From Macrostomum lignano (Eukaryota), in assembly GCA_002269645.1 (NCBI GenBank), contig NIVC01000994.1, positions 164,828 through 228,827 of the forward strand: a stretch of DNA of 64,000 bases. Direction: 5' to 3'. The notes below the pieces were generated by a model that saw only the letters and a program-made list of their open reading frames with translations, was not told where the DNA came from and did not search any database. How positions within the stretch are numbered: the first letter of the stretch is position 1; the number at the start of each line of letters is the position of its first letter. Below are positions 54,701-64,000 of this stretch, in pieces. The position numbers were made by a program, and so were the translations under genes.

Positions 54701-57700
54701 TGGCTCCGAGACTGGCTGCCCGGCCTCGGTGCGAGAACCAAATGGCGGCGAGAGCAGCCCGACCTCAAGCCCGGGGACGTCGTGCTGTATGTCTGTCCGG
54801 ACAGTCCTCGGGGTCACTGGCCTCTGGCTCGAGTCCTGGAGGTGTACCCGGGTCGAGACGGCCATGTTCGAGTAGCAAAGGTGCAGCTGGCGGACAAGGT
54901 TCTGACGCGGCTAATCAACAGACTGTGCCCATTGATTACTGATTGAAGGCTGACTATGACTCACTGATTGATGGACTGTTAATCCCCGTGTCGATTCGTA
55001 TTTTCATTTTCGTCAATTTGTCATTATCATTTTTGTCACTTTCTAGACAGCGTTTTTTTTGCGGTGTGCGAATGATTGTTTAGTTTTAGTTTGTTTGTTT
55101 ATCAAATACGTTTGTTTCGGTCATGTTTAAATTTTGAGTTTGGTGTTTGCCTTCATAATTTAGGTTGTTAATTTTTTAAATCGATTATTATTTATATCGT
55201 AGTCCAAATTTAACCATGTCGCATCGCAATTTCACGTTGTCCTTTGTCTTGTAATCACATCACTCTCTGGTAATGGGTTGATTGTCTTAAAATCATTTTT
55301 CGTGAAATGCAACTGCAGTTTATGTTTCGAACTCAAGCGCGTTTCTTTTCTTTTTCTACATTTTCGGCTACTGTAACAGAGCCCAGCAAGACAATTTTGT
55401 TTAGTCAAGTCTTTGTACAAGTACGAAATGCGTAAGTTCTGCGTCGTAACTTCTTCTGCATCTTTATTTCATAGGTTTGCTTCCACTGCCACTCATTTTC
55501 AAAATTACATTTTTGCATCATTATTTTGTTTTTGCCATAGACATGTCAAGGTGGGGGGTATGTTCTGGAGCTGCCACTGTCTCGTGGTATTTCTTAAACT
55601 TTTCGTTTGCAATAGCTACATGTACGTTCAATTAGACTAACATATTTATTTTGCTCATACGTACAGTCCCTAATTATTGATCGCACCACTTTCATTCTTC
55701 ACTGATCGCCCCACTCCACATTACGCTCACGTGTATTGTACGCTTTCACTCAGCTCATTAAATATATCGACCCAGAGCATCTCGCTCAAGCCTTTTCGTT
55801 TCATCGTTTCAATAGCGCAGCATATAGTTTGTCTTTCATCTCGAGTTATTCTAGCAACCAGGCGTTGACTGACCACCTTGTATCGGTTTTGACAATCAAT
55901 ATGAGAAAATGGACAATCAAAATGAAAAAATCCGTAGATCTGCATGCAGCAGCTCAGCTCAGCTTCACAGCAGCTGCGGCTTAGGCCATAGACTTTTTGA
56001 CGATCGAAATGAGAATTGGACAATCAAAATGGCAACAGGAGTGCACGTTTATTGAATGAAATTTTAACAATAGAAACGAGAAATTGACAACAGAAATGAC
56101 AACACAGTCAGAAAAATGATGGAAACACAGCAGTCCAGCAGCATAGGTTCAGAACTCCTGCCCAGCAAGGCAGCGTCCAAGCTGACGGAAGCAGCGCAAT
56201 TCCCACGCAGCTGCCTTGTCCGGAGTCACGGCTTCAGGCAATGACTCACGCGCCACTCTCTCCAGCAGCATGTAACGCCACTCTTCCTGGTTCACACCTT
56301 CTGGGGAAACTGCCTCTTCCTCAACGATGTCAGGCTGCGCCAGTCTGCTTTTGATCTAGGCCTTGAGGCAACTGTTGGCGAATTCCGAAGGGTTCAGAAA
56401 AGTTGAATATCCCGGAAGAATGCGGATGGACACAGCGTGCTGCAGATGTTGCGGAATGCGCGCTGCTCGATGGAAATGCGGACCGTCCATCACGACAATC
56501 CACGAAGCCGCAGCATCAAGACGGTGGCATTCCTCGCTCAGTTCGTCGATGAAGATCTGAAATCTGGCGTTCGTCTGGCCTCCTCGGAACACCGATGAGT
56601 GCACGAGGCCAAACTCAGCGATTATCGCCATGCAAACAGTCACATTTGGTCCGCGCTGCGTTGTGACCCTTCGCCTGACCTTTTCACCTTTCAGGCTGCG
56701 ACCCTGTGATCGTCTGGTCCACAAATTGAATCCCGTTTCATCGAGAAACACCAACCGTACTGCAGGGTCCAAATTCAGCACGAACTCTGCGTACTCTCGC
56801 CGAGCCTCAATGTTCTCCTGGCTGTTCGTTCTCGAGCGCACATCCGTGCCCTTGGTGGCCAGCTTAACTGTCTACATCAGTCCCTGTAGAGTTCTGTCCA
56901 CAGTTCTGTACGAGATGTCCAGTTTGTCCGGTAAATTGTTGTTGACCCGCTGTGCCATCTCGCTCAGGGTGAGGAACGGGTTGCGGTTCACCTCTGCTTC
57001 CAGAAATTCACGAATCTCCTCATCCACCTTGCACCTTGCTTCTTTTCAGCCTCCACGAGGCATACCGTTCATCCTTCCCTCATTCCTGTACAGCCTCACG
57101 ATGCGATGAGCAGCTGAACTTGACAGCTGAAGGATTATTGCTGCGTCCTTGACCGGTGTGCCTCGATCTATTGCCTCGATGAGCCGACGTCTGTCATCTG
57201 AACTCACAGGTGGTGCCATCACCAGCAAACTGGAGAGATGGCTGAGAAAGATGGCTGGCTAATGCTTAAATGTGCTGCCTCGCTAAACTAACCGCGCGTT
57301 GCCATTTTGATTGTCCAATTCTCATTTCGATCGTCAAAAGTCTATGGCCTAAGCCGCAGCTGCTGCGAAGCTGAGCTGAACTGCTGCATGCAGATCTACG
57401 GCTGTTTTCATTTTGATTGTCCATTTTCTCATATTGATTGTCAAAACCTATATTAATATGCATATAAGGACAAAACAGCCATGCATTGGCTATTCACGTA
57501 TAACTATTTTAAACAAGAAATCTCTGCTTAGAATTTCTGATTAGAAGCACAAGAAATCGTTTACATTAACAACCTTGCCGGCGACGCCGATCTCCGACTC
57601 CATCATGGTCGGGTCCATGACCACGCTGTCAAACTCAATGGAGCCCTCGAGGCTGGCGGCCCGCTCAGAGTCTGGACAGGAACCGTTCAGCGGCAGGTCG

Positions 57701-60700
57701 GTGAAGATCAGCCCGATTTGAATCCAGAAATATTTTGGCCCGTAGGCGCCCAGGCTCTTGATCTGGGTTTGCGGGGGTAACGAAATGGCTTTTTAATGAG
57801 CTTGGATAATCCTCAAAGCTTCAATTTAAATGCTTGCTTCAGATCATGCATGTAGCATGTTTTCTGTGTGATGAAGCTTCTATTGATAGCTTCGATATTT
57901 TTTTTATCCTGTGTTTAGTGAAGCCTAAAAGTTAATTAAAGAATTGCGGGACTAGAAAACTGTAAAATTTTTCGTTTTTTCTACTGATTTATTTTCTGTC
58001 AGTCTCATGTCATTCAGATTGTAACTCATACGGCTTGATTTTTCCACCTGACTGAGCCTGTCTAGTTAGTAAGAGGCTCTAAATTTAACAATTAGCAGAT
58101 GCTGTTAAAAATCACGTTAATTAGCATTTGCATCCACATTTGCATTCGCGTTTCAATTTAAATTTGCATCTGCATTTGCGTCCGCATCAACACACGCGTC
58201 CACATCCGCATCCGCATCCGCATCCGCATCCGCATCCGCATCCGCATCCGCATCCGCATCCGCATCCGCATCCGCATCCGCATCCGCATCCGCATCCACA
58301 CCTGCATCCACATCTGCATCCTCATCCACATCCACATCCGCATCCATACCCACATCCGCATCCTCATCCATATCCACATCTGCATCCATATCTACATCCG
58401 CATCCTCATCCACATCCACATCTGCATTCACATCAGCATCCACATCCGCATCCTCATCCACATCTACATCTACATCCACATCCGCATCCTCATCCTCATC
58501 CTCATCCTCATCCACATCCACATCTGCATCCACATCCGCATCCTCATCCTCATCCTCATCCTCATCCACATCGCATCCGCATCGCAGTTTGAGTGCAGTT
58601 GAAACATTTCAAAACCTGCATTCCTGCTGGACTTACCACGCACTCTAATCTCTTGCCGTAGTCTTCGAACGGAGCGATGCGAATCGCTATGAAGATTCGA
58701 TAGTTGCTCTTCTGCAGTCGATGTCGATTTTTTTACAAAATTTTAAATGTGTAATGCAAGGTAAAATTAGGCAGGTGAAAAAGGCAAAAGTAGAAACAAA
58801 CCAGCAAAGTAGAAATGGACTCCGTCGGATCGCCTTTGAATATCATCTTCTGATAGGACGTTATATTGCTTCTTTGTAAAGCGTCTTCCAGTTTCCGGGC
58901 AATCTGAATATTTCAAGTTATTATTTTGACTGGAATTAATGCGCGCTCGTACATTATTCTTTGATCAAGCTGCTCGTACTACTAGACTAATGCAGTTGCG
59001 AATGACTTCTAGCCTATACGATATGTAACATATTACGAGCGTCATAGTGTCACACGAGTAAGCCTACGTGAGTAATCCACAAGACATCGACATACAACGC
59101 GCACAGCTTAACTCACCGGATAGACAATCTCGTGGTCAGACGTTATCAAGCGATCTTCTTCCAGCCGAATCGCTTCAATAACTCAATGGTGGGCTGAATG
59201 AACAGGTTGTTGGTAATTGGCATACGAATGTAAAACGGGTAGGAGGACTTGTCGCTCAGCGCTGGCGAGCTATTCGCGTAGCCAATCTAAAATGGTTTCG
59301 AATGATTTACTTTACTTCCTTCTTGGGAGTTTGCGACTAATCCATATACTAAAAATGGTTTGTCGGTGTCTATCTGATCGATTAAAGTAAAAACGGCTCA
59401 ATCGATTTTTTTCGAACTTGCCCAGCAAATACTTGTCGCATATTTAAAATTGCGACAGTTTTATGGTAGCGAAAATTTATTGAATTACCTTGATCCGTAA
59501 AATGATTCGCTTCTGGATTCAAAGACATCTTCTCGAGCAGGGCTAATGCTGATGAGTGTGACATCAAAGGGGAAATTCCGCATTGAAATTCTAGCCCATG
59601 TCTGTGCGACTGCAATTAGACTGCGATATCTATAGCTGGCAATCTAGGAGGCAATCTAGCTGGTACTGCCGACAGAAATTCAAAATTAAATCTCTCAGCC
59701 ATCTGTTCTGTGAATTGGTTAGCTAAATTTCGCCTCAATGTCATTTAAGGAACTTGCGAACTCTTTTTAGTGCGCATGCAGGTGCCGATAGTCTGTCAGA
59801 GCTGAATATGCGAGCGCAAAAAACGCACACTATTTTGGCATAAGATCTGATTCAAACCATCGGCAGCCTTTTGAACGCTATATATATCATAATTTGAATG
59901 AGGCTGTGATCTTAATAGCTTCTTCTCTTGAATCTTGACCCAATGAGACATTTATGAGCCACATGCAGCAGTTTTGCTGTATGAGCTGTTGAGGACGTGA
60001 GAGTGATCGAGATGAGAGTGGAGAGGGTGAAAGCTGGAAAAACGGTAGCAATGTTGTGAATACAAAAAAGTAAGCTGACAAACGGTTTCATTATCATGGC
60101 AAGCTCGTCGCAAATTTCACAGCTCAATTAGACTCACCTGTGGCAGGTAATAGTACTTGGCAATGTCTGCAAACAATCTGCGACTGCTGCGAGAATGCTG
60201 CACCCAGAATTAGGGCTTTGTTTGGCGGCTGCAGGTATCCGTCTATGAATGCCTTGGCGGCGCTGCCAGTGGCCTCCTGTGCGCAGGTATTTGAAGCAGA
60301 AAGGAACAGAAGGTGAAAACAGGAAAATATTTTTCTGCTAGAAAACAGGCAGAGTTCCTGCAAAATGTATTTTGTAGGTTGCCGTAGTTCCCAATTACCC
60401 TTTTTAGACTCTTTCTTCATAAACCTTCGTTTCTGTATTTGTATTTCCTAAATATTTTAATTTTAGAACTATAAGAACTGAACAGCTCTTAAAGATGAAA
60501 TAAATTAAACCTCTCAGGGGAGTTTTGGGCAACTTGGGCAACGCCTTTGGCGATATCGGCCTACACTGATGCAATTCTACTCATTCCGCTGACTCCTATC
60601 CGTAGGTACGCACTCATACAGCAGCTTTGTAGCCCTAAATTTCAAACTGTCTGGCGCGTACACCTTCTGTGCTTTTAGGAGCACGGAGTCAAACCAGGGG

Positions 60701-61003
60701 TCGCGGCGTGAGAGGCTCTGCCCCTCAATCAGTTTTGTTATCGTGGAATGCTATGCACGCGCGGTAGGAACCAAAGCTTACCGACAAAGCCAGTTTGGTA
60801 GTACAACTGAGTTGAAATCCGGGAAACAGGTGACTGAGATTGTTGTTGATGTAAGAAAAAGAGAAGTTGAAATAGGCGGAGTCGGTGGCGAAACTCGAGG
60901 ATGTGGAGCTGATGCAGAGAAGATGCACAATCTGCCTGTCGTCAGATGCTCCGCCAGCTGCTGCCAGGAGCAGCAGAATTAGCAGAGTTACCTGCTTGAG
61001 CAT
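42720..61003 (-). CDS. GABA-B-receptor-like class C GPCR (signal peptide, Venus flytrap, 7TM), two apparent 1-bp frameshifts
   Basis: GT-AG exons 60782-61003, 60138-60276, 59117-59286, 58802-58903, 58637-58711, 57574-57762, 48307-48543, 47612-47675, 47283-47360, 46530-46912, 44719-44841, 44546-44639, 44217-44455 and 43763-43874, then uncertain tail exons (43187/43270-43326, 42904-43010, 42720-42839). Motifs [64 protein letters not shown]. Confidence 0.85.
45115..45524. mobile_element. Possible MITE in GPCR intron
   Basis: Inverted ends CTAGAT(A/G)GGCCACTCAG..CACAT..CTTTCAGTTCAGTAG; TSD unclear. Confidence 0.45.
49077..55860 (+). mobile_element. BEL/Pao LTR retrotransposon, full length, in GPCR intron (antisense to host)
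   Basis: 300-bp TG...CA LTRs at 49077-49376 and 55561-55860, TSD GGCGT, PBS TGGTAGCAGAGCGTGGTT (49380-49397, initiator-Met type), G-rich PPT before 55561. Confidence 0.97.
49440..54946 (+). pseudogene. Disrupted gag-pol of the BEL/Pao element
   Basis: Triple Cys/His knuckles ([38 protein letters not shown]), protease ALLDDAS, RT YMDD, RNase H LHCFADAS, integrase LDFGGP/SDNGTNF/ESMIK. Broken by at least seven frameshifts or stops. Confidence 0.93.
55883..57450 (-). mobile_element. IS630/Tc1-like DNA transposon with about 150-bp TIRs
   Basis: Long inverted ends from GGTTTTGACAATCAATATGAGAAAATGG (55885) to ...GTCAAAACC (57448); probable TA TSD at 55881-55882 and 57451-57452. Confidence 0.85.
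56149..57219 (-). pseudogene. DDE transposase, 357 codons in one frame with three in-frame stops
   Basis: N-terminal HTH; [32 protein letters not shown]; stops at about 57046, 56870 and 56356. Confidence 0.85.
58190..58585. repeat. Compound (CATCCG/CATCCA/CATCCT)n microsatellite in GPCR intron
   Basis: Direct reading; it explains the PH/DA/MR ORFs. Confidence 0.95.
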
Positions 61004-62675
61004 GACGCCGCAGCTCGTCGACTTCAAGGTTAGCAACACGGCAGCCGGAGCAATGGAGTTGCCTTATAGCTCTCGATCTATGTATGCTAGCTCTTTATGG
61101 GGTTGTCGGCGCTCCCTTATTGGCCAGCTGGCTTTTTATACGGGCTGGATACGCTTCCTTTTGATGCAGCTCTTTTCATGTCTTCCTTGATTGCTACTCA
61201 TTTTGATATCCACGGCTCTTTGTCGGATATTGCGTGCGAATTAAATTGGTTTTGCTGAGAAAGTACTGACTTATTTGTTAGTAGCTATGTCGCAGGGCCG
61301 CATTTATATGATAGAATTCCCACTGGTTCAGCATGTTCATTACCAGAACTGCAAGTTAATTAAATTTTTCGGCGGATGGTTGTTCTACACATGCATGCAG
61401 CTGAACTGACTGCTTGCCCACCTGTGAAGGGGCCGTAGCCCAGCGTAGCGCAGCTGCTCTGGTGTGCCGGCGACCAAGGCTCGATTCCAAGTGCAGTCAC
61501 ATTAATTTGGGCTGAATTGGAATCTCGGCTTGGCTCTGCTCGTGCAATTAACGGCCTTGAGAGCGAACCCCCAAGGCGCAGTGAAGTGTACATGCCTAAC
61601 GATAATATAAAGTTACATGTAGGGCCGCTGTACACTCCTGTGTGAGTGTGTGCCTGCGTACGTATCCGCGCGCTTGTATGCCTGCTCAGGGGAGTCAGCG
61701 GAATGGGCAGTAATAGTAATGCCTCTCGCCGGTTGTGTGTTGATGTCGCTTAAAGTGCGCCAGGGTGCACACAACCCCTGCCTCTAGTAAAAAAAATTGC
61801 CCACCTGTGAGGGAGTGGTCAATTTATAGATAGGTAGCAGCTCTGATCTGAGCTACAGAAATACAGGATGCGAGTAATGGAAGCAAGTACACAAAACATT
61901 TACCGCACAAATGCAGCGGGTCAGGCGTATTTCTTTATTCTGATGATACGCGACAAAACCTTTTGTAAGCAAGCTTCTTAGTCAGAACGCTCTGTTCCAA
62001 ACTGAGAACAATTGCTGGACTTATAAAAAGTATTAAATACCTGAGTGGGCGGCTTAGCTCGTGAGTTTTCATTGATGCAATCGACAATTGCATCGTTTTC
62101 ACCTGTTTAGCTGGTATTTCAAAGAGCTAAGCCTAGTGTATGTATTGTAGGTGTATAGAAATTCGCATCTCTGCTCCACAGGCCTTTCATTGCTGATGTT
62201 CTTTCAGCCTTTAATGAAGTTCCTTCCAGTTTGTTCAACAGCGCCAGCTCCAGGTTGAAGTTCGAGTTTGGGTTCAGAACCAACAGTCGACAATACGGAC
62301 GAAACGCTTCTCGTGCTCTAGTACAGGTGAAATAAAACTGAAAATCATGTATCTCGCTAAAGCATTATGAAGCTTAAAAAAATTCCATAGCACAGCAGAC
62401 GAGATCAGAACCGGAAGGCAACTCAGTGCCTTTCGTGTTGATTCTAGCGTGCTCAAGTTTCACTACCAAACAAGTGAACAGATGCGCCCTACTCAGATGA
62501 GCAGCGAGTCCTGCATTGTGCGAGTCACTTGTTCAACAAAATTTAGCAAAGTTCTATTTAAGCTTTTCTAGGCTATTGAGCCCTTTAATTGAAATACCTC
62601 CTGGTCTAAAAATGAAATGGCTGAGTCATTTTTAAATTGCATTTGACTCAGCCCACCAAGCGCATGGTGAGAGAT

Positions 62676-62800
62676 GATCAGGAGAGGGTAGGTCAGAGGA
62701 AAAGGGCGGATCAGGAGAGGGTAGGTCAGAGGAAAGGGGCGGATCAGGAGAGGGTAGGTCAGAGGAAAGGGGCGGATCAGGAGAGGGTAGGTAGAGGAAA
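62676..62800. repeat. 33-bp purine-rich minisatellite, about 4 copies
   Basis: GATCAGGAGAGGGTAGGTCAGAGGAAA.GGGCG at 62676, 62709 and 62742. Confidence 0.85.
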
Positions 62801-64000
62801 GGAGCGGATCATGAAAAAGAGGTCAGATAATAGGATTAAATATTTAAATTATCTACTAGAGCCGATTTGAAAGAGTCCAATGAAATTCAACAGCCGGTAC
62901 GTGCATCGTGAATACTGTTGGTTCAAATAAAAGCCAAAAAGTGAACACTGAAACGATTTGACTAAGAAAAGCAGAAAGCAAGAATGTGTTGTATTTTATT
63001 AACTGTTAGTACGTACTTAAACAACAAACGCTACTTGAAAAAAAACATTTGTTGCCATTTGCTGTTTTGTGCATTGACTAAACTGACAGATCTTAACACG
63101 CTATAGATGGGTACGGTCAATGATACTTTAGGAGGTTTTGCTTTTCAAGACGTAGAATTTTATACGCTCCGCTCGTAGTTGGTTAGACAGCAGATGAAAG
63201 TGATCAACTAAAAGCATGACAGTGCAATTCGAGACATGGCAACCACTGTCGGTGCTACATTAGAACTACGTTAACAGACTATCGATTAGTTCTCGAATTG
63301 CACTATTGCACTGTAGAGTGATGTTTTCGGATATGATATAAATATAATTTAAGAATCATAATGAACAAGACTTGGGCTGAATACTGTTTTATACATAATA
63401 GACAACAGTTATTCGTAATGTTACGTTTCGTTTTTTTCTTTGGTTTTTTAAACGCAAACGCAATGAATTTATGGTAAAAACAGTTGCTCCACAGCATTGC
63501 CAGTAAGCTTGATCTACGAGCTACGTGACAATAAATTACACGAGTGGCCCCATCAGCGTGGTTTTTACGCAGCATTGCAATTTTGTCATGCTAAGTTGAA
63601 AAACGGAATCCAATGTTGAAAGGCTAATTCAATACTCGAAGACTTACTTGTCTCTGCAGCCAGACATCTGCGGCTGTCTATGGTCCAACCCATCTTTATT
63701 CTGCAGGATTTCAACTTTGGTGCCCGTTTTCTAACTTATAGCTTGACAAAAGCTACAATGTCTGTGCTGTATGTCTGTGCTATAATGACATTTAACGCCG
63801 ATTGTCATTGTTTAACAAGTTGACGATCATATTCACATTTTTAATGCAGAACAATCCATTACTACAAACAATGCATTGTATGTAAGGATCGTCAAATAAA
63901 AAAACAATGCAAAGAATCAGCGGTCGCAGCAGTGACAACGATTTGTCTGGCTCGCGCCTACCGAGCGCAAGCCCTGACAATTTATCCATTGTCAAACTTA

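Noticed and set aside
58128-58592. His/Pro-rich or Asp/Ala-rich proteins
   Set aside because: Hexamer microsatellite within a GPCR intron.
59549-59585. Hammerhead ribozyme core (CTGATGAG...GAAA)
   Set aside because: Stem II cannot be formed and no stem I/III pairing was found.
62080-63730. Exons of a further minus-strand gene (FYFTCTRAREAFRPYC... near 62.1-62.34 kb; donor near 63645)
   Set aside because: Plausible splice signals, but no recognisable domain and no phase-consistent chain could be built, so it is too weak to call.

Overview
Repeat-rich animal genomic DNA with spliceosomal introns, GC-rich exons and AT-rich introns. The style (huge simple repeats, poly-Ala/Pro exons) suggests a Macrostomum-like flatworm, but this is inference only. 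Four host genes can be modelled by hand: a Methyltransf_3/COMTD1-like O-methyltransferase (+, 4012-5128, one frameshift); a DTHD1-like ZU5-ZU5-UPA-death domain gene (+, about 11.3-16.8 kb) whose large introns are filled by different tandem arrays; an HMGB gene (-, 30660-34013); and a GABA-B-like class C GPCR (-, about 42.7-61.0 kb, two 1-bp frameshifts). Mobile elements with visible ends: an intact Chapaev3-like DNA transposon, a hAT MITE, a 5.3-kb foldback element carrying a doubly truncated RTE fragment between 177-bp arrays, a deleted Tc1, a non-coding LTR element in the HMGB intron, a BEL/Pao retrotransposon with apparently identical LTRs but many coding lesions, and a dead IS630/Tc1-like element. 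The best leads are the foldback element with RTE cargo and an intron that appears to have arisen by tandem amplification of exonic sequence. All coordinates were read by eye; no database searches were run.
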